Positions 9,676-20,960 of a stretch of 43,433 bases of DNA are shown one piece after another. The notes under the pieces are model-generated. The model made no database searches and was not told the DNA's origin. It worked only from the letters and a program-made list of their open reading frames with translations. A program made the translations under genes and the position numbers. Source of the DNA: Gammaproteobacteria bacterium. GTDB taxonomy: Bacteria > Pseudomonadota > Gammaproteobacteria > CAMYNG01. Positions within the stretch are counted from its first letter, which is position 1. Every line of letters begins with the position of its first letter. The stretch spans positions 1-43,433 of the forward strand of contig DRKU01000092.1 in NCBI GenBank assembly GCA_011051615.1. The letters run 5' to 3'.

Positions 9676-10878
9676 TCAGCCGTAACGGCCGTCCACGCGC
9701 GGTTTGATCAGCATCGGGGCATAGAGTACGAAGAACCACGAGAAGGCGGCGATCCAGAGTCCCTGCGAGATACCGATCCAGACTTCATAATAACGCGTGG
9801 TGAACAGCGCCGGGATCACGCGCACCAGGCTCGCCGCCACGGCAAGGCCAAACATCCAGCCAAGCACACGCGGCGGGTCGAAGACGTTGCGCCCGGTGTG
9901 ACCCAGCGCCACGCGTGCCATCATGCCCAGGGTCATGAGACCAATGCCGCCGGCCGCGAAGGCATGCATGAATAAATAGGGGTTGAGGGGGTAGAAGACG
10001 TCAATGGCACGCAGGGCAAAGCCGATGATGATCCAGGCGTAGGCCACGAACAGGATCCACAGCAGGGGCCGTGACCAGATGCCGGGGTGGTGCCAGCCGG
10101 CGAGGCGTACGCTGTGCAGGACAGCCAGCGCCAGCGCCAGCACGGCCAGCAGCCCCGGCAGCAGGTCGAACACTTCGAGGAGGATGAAGGCCACCAGCAG
10201 CAGGCTCACGGTGAGATCCAGCCAGGCATGGTTGCGCGGCGGCGGGCCTTCGCCCACGCCCTTCTCGATGAAGAAGGGGATCACGCGTCGCCCCATGAGC
10301 AGGATGAGCGCGACGATCAGGTACAGGCCGCCAAGCAGCGCGCGCTGGACCAGGAACATCGTGTCGTCTCCGACGAACAGCCCGGCATAGAACAGGGCGT
10401 TGGCCGCCACCAGCAGGACCACCAGCAGCCACAACAGCAGGTGTTTCCACTGGCGTACTTTTACGATGGGAACCAGCAGGGCGGCCACAAGGCCGACGCC
10501 GAAGGCGAGATCCAGCACCATCATGGCCCCCAGTGCATCGGGATGGGCGATGAATGGCATCAGGCGGGCCAGCAGCCACAGCACGGCCAGCGCCAGCAGG
10601 GGCCAGCCGTGCAGGGTTTGCACGCCGGTCCAGTTACGCACCGCGGTGAGCAGGAAGCCGGCGATGACCGCCATGGCATAGCCGAAGATCATCTCGTGCC
10701 CGTGCCACCACGAGGCCGGCAGGCGCTCGGTCTGGGGCAGGGACTGGTCGAGCAGGTAGACCAGCGCCCAGGCGGCCATCAGGGCGCCCGCTGCCAGGCC
10801 GGCGAGCAGGAAGAAGGGTCGAAAGCCCAGGTGGTGCAGGGCGATACGATAATCGTGGGGTTCGTCGATGTTCAGCAT
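9676..10878 (-). CDS. nnrS: NnrS family heme/copper membrane protein
   Basis: [28 protein letters not shown]..., about 12 hydrophobic helices, conserved His residues. Start is ATG 10878 or GTG 10899 (unresolved). The stop is 8 nt from the arfB start. Confidence 0.8.
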   Translation of the reverse strand: MLNIDEPHDYRIALHHLGFRPFFLLAGLAAGALMAAWALVYLLDQSLPQTERLPASWWHGHEMIFGYAMAVIAGFLLTAVRNWTGVQTLHGWPLLALAVLWLLARLMPFIAHPDALGAMMVLDLAFGVGLVAALLVPIVKVRQWKHLLLWLLVVLLVAANALFYAGLFVGDDTMFLVQRALLGGLYLIVALILLMGRRVIPFFIEKGVGEGPPPRNHAWLDLTVSLLLVAFILLEVFDLLPGLLAVLALALAVLHSVRLAGWHHPGIWSRPLLWILFVAYAWIIIGFALRAIDVFYPLNPYLFMHAFAAGGIGLMTLGMMARVALGHTGRNVFDPPRVLGWMFGLAVAASLVRVIPALFTTRYYEVWIGISQGLWIAAFSWFFVLYAPMLIKPRVDGRYG

Positions 10879-11268
10879 GGCGCCAGTATACGCCGACACC
10901 CGGGAGGGGCGGAACGCCGCCTGGTGGCCAGGGAGGTGACTGGCAGGGCCAGGTGGTCAAATATTGAACAATATTGGAAATTTTCCGCGAAAATGGGCTT
11001 GAAATCGCCCAAATGCGCCCAAAATCTGCCATATCGGAGCTCACCAGCATCCGCAACGAATATTCCCCTCGGCCCGTCAATTTCATGCCCTTTTCCACCG
11101 GCTTTGGGCTATAATGCGCGGCTTTGTCGGCCCCCGGCCCCTGCAGACACGGGCGGGAACACGGCCCGGACACCGAATACTTCAGCGCTGGATTTCCCGC
11201 ACCACGGTGGCGGGGCTCCGGCGTTCTTGATTCACCGGATTTTAATTTTTGAGAAGAGTAACAGGCTA

Positions 11269-13350
<2,082 letters not shown>

Positions 13351-13397
13351 ACCTGCCGGCGGGTCACGCCCCGCGTGGCCCGTTTCGGTTCCCTCGA

Positions 13398-13424
13398 AAG
13401 CCGGTCCCAGGACCGGCTTTTTTC
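13398..13424 (+). terminator. Rho-independent terminator after EF-G 2
   Basis: aaagccggtc-ccag-gaccggcttt followed by a T tract (13421-13424). Confidence 0.75.
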
Positions 13425-13670
13425 ATGCCGGCGGGCAGGTCATCCGCCGCCGCTGGCGATCCCTGCTCCGGCCTGAGCACCCGGTTCCCCCGTATGTGAT
13501 GATCTTGGCTATCTGCCAAAACAATCCTTGACCGATTCCAGATTTCCAAATATCTTGGCGTAGTACGTATGGACTAACGAACAACTTATAACAATAAGGC
13601 CAGGATCGGCCGGTGGAGATCAGGGAAAAACATAATTAAAACAATACGATGACGCTCATCGGAGGGGCGT

Positions 13671-15251
13671 ATGAAACGGATGCGCATCGGGATCATTGAC
13701 GTCCTCTACGATATGCCACCCAGTAACGGGGGCTATCAGATCTACCGCAACCAGTTGCGACGCCAGTTCGTCAGCATCATGCCCCAGGTCATTTCCGTCT
13801 GGTGTCGTCGCATGGGACATGACGTCCACTACGCTACCTATTACGGGCAGGCCGAACCCCACACGCTGCTGCCCGACGATCTGGATATCCTCTTTGTCAG
13901 CTCCTACACCCAGGCCAGCGCCCTGGCCTATGCCCTGGCCCGGATCTTCGGTGCGCGCGGTACACGTACCGTCATTGGCGGCCCTCATGCGCGTGCCTTT
14001 CCCGCCGACTGTCAGCGTTTCTTCGATCTCGTCGTTGGCAACTGTGACGAGACGGTCATCCGCGACATTCTTGCCGGCCACTATGCACCGGGCAGTATCA
14101 TCGACACGGGGCGCACGCTGACCGAGATCCCCAGCGTCGAGGAACGCATGCCGGAGTTGCGCGCCACCACGCTGAGCGCGCGCTTTGCGGTGTTGCGCGT
14201 GGTGCCGCTGCTCTCCAGCATGGGTTGTCCCTACACCTGCAATTTCTGCAGCGATGCCACCAGCACCTATCATGCCGTGGGCAGTGAAATCCTGAAGAAG
14301 GATCTGCAATACATTGCCGACAACATCCCCGGCGCCTACGTGGTCTACCACGATCCCAACTTCGGCGTGCGCTTCGATGAGACCATGGCCGCCATCGAAT
14401 CTCTGCCACCGAAGCAGCGACCGGCCTACGGGGTACAGTCAACGCTGTCGGTACTCAAGGAGGAGCGGGTCAGGCGCCTTGCTGATACCGGTTGCCTGTA
14501 TATCGCCCCCGGCGTGGAGTCCTGGTCGGACTTTTCCAACAAGTCCGGCAAGGTGCGTGCCACGGGTCGCGACAAGATGGAACAGGTGGTGGGGCATTTC
14601 GAGATGATGCGGCGTCATGTGCCGGGTTTCCAGGTCAACTTCGTCTTCGGTACCGATGCCGATCAGGGGCGCGCGCCGGTCGAACTGACCAGCGAGTTCA
14701 TTCGCCGCGTGCCCTATGCCTGGCCCGGGATCTCCATTCCCACACCCTTCGGTGATACCGGCATCTTTACCGAGTACCTGGAGCAGAACCGGGTGCTGAC
14801 ACAGATGCCCTTCGCGCTTTATTACAAGCCCTACCTGAATTTCATCCCGCTGCACTATGGCGCCATGGAATACTACGAGAGCCTGATGGAGATCCTCTCG
14901 AGCATCGTTTCCCTGCGTGGTGCCCTGTCACGCCTGACGACGCGCAACCTGTTGCGCATCAAGGGTATCCACATGGTGCAGTTGACCGGTGTCTACCATG
15001 ATCTGCGCCGCGTGCGGGAACTCTACAGGTTGCTAAAGGGAGACGCACTGTTGCGTCGCTTCCACGAGGGCCTGCCGATGAAACTGCCCGCCGTCTACGA
15101 AGCGCGGACCTGGGAGCGCCTGGGGCGTTATGCCGAGCTGTTTCAGCTGGCGGACTTGATCCCGGACCTGATCAACACATCGTGCAAGCGCGTGTCGTCC
15201 CCGGCATCCGTCAATGTCGAAGTGGCGACCTCCTCTCTGGGTGTCGCCTGA
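13671..15251 (+). CDS. B12-binding-domain-type (class B) radical SAM protein
   Basis: SD ggagggg lies before ATG 13671. The N-terminal ~140 aa is Rossmann-like (DILFVSSYTQASALAYALARIF...VIGGPHA). The radical SAM cluster motif CPYTCNFC (CX3CX2C) is at 14226-14249. The last 109 nt overlap the convergent patatin ORF. Confidence 0.75.
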   Translation: MKRMRIGIIDVLYDMPPSNGGYQIYRNQLRRQFVSIMPQVISVWCRRMGHDVHYATYYGQAEPHTLLPDDLDILFVSSYTQASALAYALARIFGARGTRTVIGGPHARAFPADCQRFFDLVVGNCDETVIRDILAGHYAPGSIIDTGRTLTEIPSVEERMPELRATTLSARFAVLRVVPLLSSMGCPYTCNFCSDATSTYHAVGSEILKKDLQYIADNIPGAYVVYHDPNFGVRFDETMAAIESLPPKQRPAYGVQSTLSVLKEERVRRLADTGCLYIAPGVESWSDFSNKSGKVRATGRDKMEQVVGHFEMMRRHVPGFQVNFVFGTDADQGRAPVELTSEFIRRVPYAWPGISIPTPFGDTGIFTEYLEQNRVLTQMPFALYYKPYLNFIPLHYGAMEYYESLMEILSSIVSLRGALSRLTTRNLLRIKGIHMVQLTGVYHDLRRVRELYRLLKGDALLRRFHEGLPMKLPAVYEARTWERLGRYAELFQLADLIPDLINTSCKRVSSPASVNVEVATSSLGVA

Positions 15252-16198
15252 GGGGGACGGGTGATCAGGCTGGCAAGGTGCTCGATGACCGGCTGGTAAT
15301 GACGTTCGATGACGTCCTCGGTGATGGCGTGCAGCTCATGGATGTTGTAGCTCTCGTCGGGGCGCTTGAGGTGGTTGGGGATCTCCACCTGGAGGCGATA
15401 GTAATGTTTTCCCAGCAGGTCACGCAGCCCGTAATGCGTGGCCTCCGAAGAACCGAAGAAGGGCGCGGTGGTCAGGGCGTTGAGATGACCACTGAGGGTG
15501 TTGCTGGTGCCTTCGCGGATCTTGCCCGACCCCAGTGAAACGATCAGCACATCGGAGAGCTCGGCCTCGCCATGGCGCTGGCGCAGGATCTGCATACCCC
15601 TGCTGAGGCCGAACAGGGCAGGGTTGTTGGACACCAGGCCGCCATCGAGCAGGAAGTCGGAGTAGTAGCGTGTTTTGACCTGCTTGGGTTTGAAATACAG
15701 CGGTGCCGAGGTGGCTGCCTTACATGCCTCCCAGACGGGAACGCTGGCGTAACGCAATTCGTCGGAGGAGATGATCTCCGGGCGCGCCTTCTGCGGATTA
15801 TGGCACACCACCATGGTGGGTTTGACCAGCAGCTCCTGCATGGTCGTATCACCGTAGATCTTTTTCAGCACCTCGCTGACGCGATCGTCGCTGTGCTTGG
15901 AGAATGACCACCAGCTCAGGCGTTTCAGTTTTTCATGGAAGCGATCGTGCTTGGAGAAGACTTCATCGACGAAGCTGTAGAACAGCTCGGTGGATTCCTG
16001 CATGCCGAAGCCGACGGAGACGCCGCAACCCACCAGGGCGCCGACGCTGGAACCAACGATGGCATCGAAGCAGCGATAGAGGGGACCGGCAACGCGTTCC
16101 AGTTCATCGAGGATGGCGAGCTGGATAATACAACGGACGCCGCCTCCGTCCAGTGAGAGGACACGAAATGGGCGGCGGACTTCTGTCGTCGTTTCCAC
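15143..16198 (-). CDS. Patatin-like phospholipase
   Basis: FRVLSLDGGGVRCI (oxyanion hole GGGxR), IVGSSVGALV (GxSxG nucleophile) and FLLDGGLVSNNP (catalytic Asp, DGG). Confidence 0.85.
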   Translation of the reverse strand: METTTEVRRPFRVLSLDGGGVRCIIQLAILDELERVAGPLYRCFDAIVGSSVGALVGCGVSVGFGMQESTELFYSFVDEVFSKHDRFHEKLKRLSWWSFSKHSDDRVSEVLKKIYGDTTMQELLVKPTMVVCHNPQKARPEIISSDELRYASVPVWEACKAATSAPLYFKPKQVKTRYYSDFLLDGGLVSNNPALFGLSRGMQILRQRHGEAELSDVLIVSLGSGKIREGTSNTLSGHLNALTTAPFFGSSEATHYGLRDLLGKHYYRLQVEIPNHLKRPDESYNIHELHAITEDVIERHYQPVIEHLASLITRPPQATPREEVATSTLTDAGDDTRLHDVLIRSGIKSAS

Positions 16199-16366
16199 GG
16201 TGGCAATCTTACCGGGGATATTCCCGATCCCCTGTTGTTGTTAAGAAACCTACTTGCCAGCTCTGATTCTGTCAAGTTGGAACGCTGTCAGGTGTCGGCC
16301 ATGACACGAAAAATTCATGTTCCCGGCGACGCCGACGCGTGGCATGGCGTCTGTCACCGGCAGGGT

Positions 16367-17275
16367 CTATGTCGTCATGGGCATACTGCGCACGGTTTCG
16401 ATGAAGGCCTCGGCAACGGGATGGTTCATATGGTTGCGGTGGCGCGCGATCCACAGGGTGCGCAGGACGCGGAAACCGCTGACGTGGATATGCAGCAACT
16501 CGCCACGCTGCACATGGCCACGCACGGCAAAGCGCGGCAGGAAACTCACGTGCTGACCACGTCCGAGCATTTCGATAATGGTGTCGGTGGAACCCACTTC
16601 AAGGGCCACGTCCAGCGGCCCGAGACCGAGTTGCGCAATGGCCTCGTCGAGCGCGTCACGTGGCGAGGAGCCCTTTTCACGCAGCACGTAGCGCAGTTGT
16701 GAAAGTTTTTCACCGGGCAGTTCCCCCTCACTGGCAAGGGGATGGCGGGTGCTGCATACCAGCCACAGCTCATCATCGGCCCACTTCTGCACCAGTACGT
16801 CGGCGTGATCGGGCGCGCTCTCCAGCAGGGCCAGGTGGGTGCTGGCAGTGGCCAGGCGCGCCTGGATATTGCGACTGTAGGCCAGGCGGCTTTCCACCCT
16901 GAACTGGGGGTGCAGCTCGGCAAAGCGCAACAGGAGATCGGGCAGCAGGTTCTCGCCAATGGAAAAGGTGACCTCGAGGCGGATGGTATTCTGCCCGCGA
17001 CGCACGTACTGCAATTCTTCCTGCAGGGCGCGCTGACGATCCAGCACCAGCGACGCCATGGAATAGACCTTTTCACCGGCCGGTGTCAGTTGCAACCGGC
17101 CGCCCACGCGTTCCATCAACGGCAGGCCATAGACTTCCTCCAGCGCGCGCAGGCGCTTGGTGACGGCCGGCTGGCCGATGTTGAGGCGACGCGCGGCGGC
17201 CGAGACGCCGCCCTGTTCCACCACCGCGCACAACGCGGCCCAGCCACCGAGATCAGGGAGGTTGCTATATTCCAT
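16367..17275 (-). CDS. LysR family transcriptional regulator
   Basis: MEYSNLPDLGGWAALCAVVEQGGVSAAARRLNIGQPAVTKRLRALEEVYGLPLMERVGGRLQLTPAG. ATG is at 17275. The ORF-track start at 17521 is an extension running through the neighbouring gene. Confidence 0.85.
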   Translation of the reverse strand: MEYSNLPDLGGWAALCAVVEQGGVSAAARRLNIGQPAVTKRLRALEEVYGLPLMERVGGRLQLTPAGEKVYSMASLVLDRQRALQEELQYVRRGQNTIRLEVTFSIGENLLPDLLLRFAELHPQFRVESRLAYSRNIQARLATASTHLALLESAPDHADVLVQKWADDELWLVCSTRHPLASEGELPGEKLSQLRYVLREKGSSPRDALDEAIAQLGLGPLDVALEVGSTDTIIEMLGRGQHVSFLPRFAVRGHVQRGELLHIHVSGFRVLRTLWIARHRNHMNHPVAEAFIETVRSMPMTT

Positions 17276-17343
17276 GCAGGAATATTCCACCAATTTGGTG
17301 GGCCAGTAAACTCCCCTGTGCGCCCCTGTTGCGCCGTGCCGGG

Positions 17344-17595
17344 CTAGAGCCCCAGGGGCCCCGCCAGGGCCAGCGGGGTAACCACATCCTCGTGGGGCGT
17401 ATAGATACAGTTGAGATAGATATCCTGGTAGAGCTTGTGGAAGATCTCCCGGATGCCGGTATCGCTGGATTCCATGACGCGACGGCCTTTTTCCATCACG
17501 GTGTCGGCAATCATGCGACATTCCACCGGCGTACCGGCGAGGCTGGTATTACTCATCAACAGCAGGGCAACAGCGGCAAACAGTGTGCGGATCAT
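17344..17595 (-). CDS. Small secreted hypothetical protein (83 aa)
   Basis: Signal peptide MIRTLFAAVALLLMSNTSLAG. SD AGGTGA lies about 6 nt upstream of ATG 17595. No recognisable domain. Confidence 0.45.
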   Translation of the reverse strand: MIRTLFAAVALLLMSNTSLAGTPVECRMIADTVMEKGRRVMESSDTGIREIFHKLYQDIYLNCIYTPHEDVVTPLALAGPLGL

Positions 17596-17786
17596 GGCGG
17601 GTCACCTGTGTGTTGTTTCAGGGGACGGGGGGGGGATGCATGACCCCGCCACGGGAAATATTAAGCCCCATTACACACATATATTAAATAATCATTAATT
17701 ACTAATATACATCGTCCGTGTGGGTTTGTGGGCCGGGGCCGGTGTGGTAATTCCCGGGTCGTGTTCCCACCACCCGGGAGTTCCCT

Positions 17787-18374
17787 TCAGTGGCCGTGGC
17801 GAACCGTGCGGCAGGCACTGGCATGCCGACTGCGCTCGGCACCGATCTTCACCGTCACATTACCGGCCCCGTCGTCCGTCACCGCGCGCTCGCGTACGAC
17901 GCGCACGGCGACGGCATCCAGCGTCAGGGCATGGGACTCGGCACTCCAGTCGATGATGAGCTGGATCGGCCGTTGGGTTTTTGGCAGGGCAACATCCCTG
18001 CCGAATACGTCACGACTGCTGAGTAGCGCGGTCTGATGGGGGTCAAGCCCGTTGTCCAGCGGGCCCAGAACGCCATTGACGAACACGGGCAGGCCGCTGA
18101 TGGCTGAATCGTAGAGCGTATTGCCCCGCGCATCGATGAAGCGCATACGCTCGATGAACAGGGTGGCGTGGTTGTCGAAATTTCTCAGCGTCCAGGCGGT
18201 CCAGTGGAATTCACTGCCCTTGTTGCGCATCAGCTGATTGCCACCACAGATGATGACACCGGTGGCGCCGTGGCGTCCGAGATCGGCGGCTGAGGCCATG
18301 ACCCGCGTCGTAGCAAACGACAGGACCATGGTCACAAGGGCGAGGGAAAAAATCAGGGCGGGCAGTTTACGCAT
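17787..18374 (-). CDS. Secreted hypothetical protein (195 aa)
   Basis: SD GGAGGA lies 6 nt before ATG 18374 (the ORF track starts at TTG 18380). Signal peptide MRKLPALIFSLALVTMVLSFATTRVMASA. No recognisable domain. Confidence 0.55.
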   Translation of the reverse strand: MRKLPALIFSLALVTMVLSFATTRVMASAADLGRHGATGVIICGGNQLMRNKGSEFHWTAWTLRNFDNHATLFIERMRFIDARGNTLYDSAISGLPVFVNGVLGPLDNGLDPHQTALLSSRDVFGRDVALPKTQRPIQLIIDWSAESHALTLDAVAVRVVRERAVTDDGAGNVTVKIGAERSRHASACRTVRHGH

Positions 18375-18685
18375 ATTCAATCCTCCAGCGGTTTGTTATG
18401 AAGTTCTGTTTTTTCGACCGGGGTTTATTGCCGGTCATGTCGGGCTATGCATGGCGTATGCCATGCGCGAGACGCCGGGGGGATAGTTGCGCGGCATGAA
18501 CACTACGTGGTGGCAAGACGCCGCAAAGCATGAGAACAGGGGGAGCCATGCAGGGCAGGGAACTCCTTGCGGTACACGGGTTCTAAGGCCTGTCTGCCTT
18601 TTCCGTTGATGGTGCGCGGCATCATCGGTCATAGACCAACGTGATAGTTTCGTGATCTGTAGCCGCTAGAGTCCAGGGAGTGAAC

Positions 18686-19387
18686 GTGCGAAATGTCCTG
18701 ATTGTCGAAGACCAGGTAGACCTGGCACACCTGATCCAGCTCAATCTGCACGATCTGGATTGCACGGTGCATCATGCCAGTGATGGCACCGAAGGTCTGC
18801 GTCAGGCCGAGGCGCAGCGATTCGATCTGGTCATCCTCGACCTCATGTTGCCGGGGATGGATGGTATCGAGATCTGTCGCCGCATTCGCCAGCAGTCGGA
18901 GTACACGCCGATCATGATGCTGACCTCGCGCTCGTCGGAACTCGATCGCGTGCTGGGCCTCGAAGTGGGCGCCGACGATTACATCACCAAGCCGTTCAGC
19001 CTGCGCGAATTCCTGGCGCGGGTCAAAGCCCTGTTTCGCCGCGTAGACGCACTCGATCAGCGGGTCGAGGTGCAACGCGTCCTGAGTGCCGGTGGTTTAC
19101 GTGTCGACGTGGAAAAACGCCTGGTGGAGGTGGACGATCGTCGTGTGGATCTTACCGCCAGGGAATTCGACCTCCTCAGCCATTTCATGCGTCACCCGGG
19201 GCGGGTATATACACGCGCACAATTGCTTGATTCGATCTGGGGCTACGGGCACGAGGGTTATGAGCATACCGTCAATTCTCACATCAACCGTCTGCGCGGC
19301 AAGATCGAACGCAATGCCGCCAGGCCTGAGTACATCCTCACCGTGTGGGGTGTGGGTTACAAATTCAGCGACATTCTGGAGCATTGA
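18686..19387 (+). CDS. OmpR/PhoB-family response regulator
   Basis: RNVLIVEDQ...LVILDLMLPGMDG receiver. Winged-helix region LTAREFDLLSHFMRHPGRVYTRAQLLDSIWG...YILTVWGVGYKF. SD agggag favours GTG 18686 over GTG 18680. Confidence 0.9.
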   Translation: MRNVLIVEDQVDLAHLIQLNLHDLDCTVHHASDGTEGLRQAEAQRFDLVILDLMLPGMDGIEICRRIRQQSEYTPIMMLTSRSSELDRVLGLEVGADDYITKPFSLREFLARVKALFRRVDALDQRVEVQRVLSAGGLRVDVEKRLVEVDDRRVDLTAREFDLLSHFMRHPGRVYTRAQLLDSIWGYGHEGYEHTVNSHINRLRGKIERNAARPEYILTVWGVGYKFSDILEH

Positions 19388-19389
19388 CA

Positions 19390-20901
19390 GTGAGACCACG
19401 CACCCTCCCGGCGCGCCTTTCCATTGCACTGTTTGGCCTGTTGTTATTGCTGTCACTCGGAATCATTGGCTTCGTGTTGCTCAGTGCGCCCATGTTCCTG
19501 CAGGAGATCAACCAGAAACTGAACCTGGACCTGGCGGAGAACATGGTGCGGGAGAAGGATCTTCTTGCCGACGGCAAGGTCAACCGCGAAGCACTCAATT
19601 CCATTTTCATGGGGATGATGGTGGTCAACCCGGCCATCGAAGTCTACCTCATCGGTGTCGATGGCAGGATACTCGCCTATGCGGCGCCGGACAGCGTGGT
19701 GCAGCGCGAGACCATCGACCTGGAACCGGTACGGGCGTTTATCGAGCAACGCCAGAACCTGCCTGTGCTGGGCAGTGACCCGCGTGATGCGGACGGCAAC
19801 AAGATATTCAGTGCTGCACCTATTACGCGCAACGGTAAGCTCGAAGGTTACCTGTATATCGTACTTGCCGGTCAGGCCTATGATTCCGTTGTCGATCTGA
19901 TTGAATCAAATTACGTGGTACGGCTGTGGATTGCTGCGGTGGCGGTCAGCCTGCTGCTTGCGCTGCTGGCCGGGATCGTCATTGTGCGCATCATCACGCG
20001 CCGTGTGGGTGCGCTGGCCGAGGGCATGCAGCAGTTCCGTGATCGGGGTTTCCAGCAGACCGTGGCTTTGCCCCCTTGCTTCGACGGGCGACCGGGAGAT
20101 GAGATCGATCGCCTTGGGGCGAGTTTCCGTGAGATGTCTGAACGTATCGTGTTGCAGTTGCGCCAGTTGCAGAACAACGACACTACGCGCCGCGAGCTGG
20201 TGGCCAATGTTTCCCATGACCTGCGTACACCACTGGCATCCCTGCAGGGCTATCTTGAGACCCTCGAACAGCGTGGTGAGCAGCTGAGCGCGGCCGAACG
20301 GCGAGACTATATTCACACGGCCTGGTTGCATGCCGAGCGTCTGCGCAAGCTGATCTCTGAACTGTTCGAGCTATCCAGGCTCGACAGTCGGGATGCTGAT
20401 CTGCACTTCGAGCCGTTTTCCATGAGCGAACTGGCCCAGGACGTGAGTCAGAAGTTTCGTCTCGCGGCGAGGGAGAAAGGGCTGGAGCTGCACATGGAGA
20501 TCCCACCACAACCGGCCTTCGTTTCGGCCGATATTGGTCTCATTCAGCGCGTGCTGGAGAACCTCATCGAAAATGCCATCAAGTACACGCCGGCCGGTGG
20601 GCACGTTGCCGTGTCGCTTGTGGCGGGGAGCGACACGGTGACGACTTCGGTGAGTGATACCGGCCAGGGTATCGCCGCTGAGGAGATCCCGCGGATCTTC
20701 GAGCGTTTCTATCGCGTGGAGAGTCACCGGCAGACCGAGGGTACGGGGCTGGGCCTGGCCATCGCAAGCCGTATCATGCAGTTGCATCACAGCCATATCG
20801 AAGTGGAATCCGCGCCCGAGGCAGGGACGACTTTTTCCTTTCCCCTGCCCGGTGCAGAGCTGGGTAATGTTGAGCGTGACAGAAACGTGATATTTTCGTG
20901 A
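19390..20901 (+). CDS. Sensor histidine kinase (2 TM, periplasmic domain, HAMP, HisKA, HATPase_c)
   Basis: H-box VANVSHDLRTPLASLQGYLETL, N box ENLIENAIKYTP, G boxes VSDTGQGIAAEEIPRIFERFYR and GTGLGLAIASRI. The start is ambiguous: GTG 19345, TTG 19384 (overlapping the regulator stop) or GTG 19390. Confidence 0.85.
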   Translation: MRPRTLPARLSIALFGLLLLLSLGIIGFVLLSAPMFLQEINQKLNLDLAENMVREKDLLADGKVNREALNSIFMGMMVVNPAIEVYLIGVDGRILAYAAPDSVVQRETIDLEPVRAFIEQRQNLPVLGSDPRDADGNKIFSAAPITRNGKLEGYLYIVLAGQAYDSVVDLIESNYVVRLWIAAVAVSLLLALLAGIVIVRIITRRVGALAEGMQQFRDRGFQQTVALPPCFDGRPGDEIDRLGASFREMSERIVLQLRQLQNNDTTRRELVANVSHDLRTPLASLQGYLETLEQRGEQLSAAERRDYIHTAWLHAERLRKLISELFELSRLDSRDADLHFEPFSMSELAQDVSQKFRLAAREKGLELHMEIPPQPAFVSADIGLIQRVLENLIENAIKYTPAGGHVAVSLVAGSDTVTTSVSDTGQGIAAEEIPRIFERFYRVESHRQTEGTGLGLAIASRIMQLHHSHIEVESAPEAGTTFSFPLPGAELGNVERDRNVIFS

Positions 20902-20960
20902 CCCCCACGCGAGCCCTGTTGGTCACCATGGTGGCGAACTTCACAACAGGGAGAAGCACC

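Noticed and set aside
10087-11268. 394-codon N-terminal extension of the EF-G ORF
   Set aside because: The extension is antisense to nnrS and low-complexity (Q/H/G-rich). The EF-G homology, including the G1 motif, begins right after ATG 11269.
13425-13670. B12 riboswitch or RiPP precursor peptide upstream of the radical SAM gene
   Set aside because: I found no B12-box-like sequence. The only short ORFs are 1-16 codons long, lack an SD, and overlap the radical SAM start in another frame.
15143-16198. Patatin phospholipase as a CBASS-type (CapV-like) defence effector
   Set aside because: No cyclic-oligonucleotide synthase (CD-NTase), E1/E2/JAB or other defence partner is adjacent. The neighbours are a radical SAM gene (convergent) and a LysR regulator.
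17276-17521. Upstream extension of the LysR ORF (track entry 16367..17521)
   Set aside because: The extension runs through the small secreted-protein gene in another frame. The LysR HTH starts right after ATG 17275.
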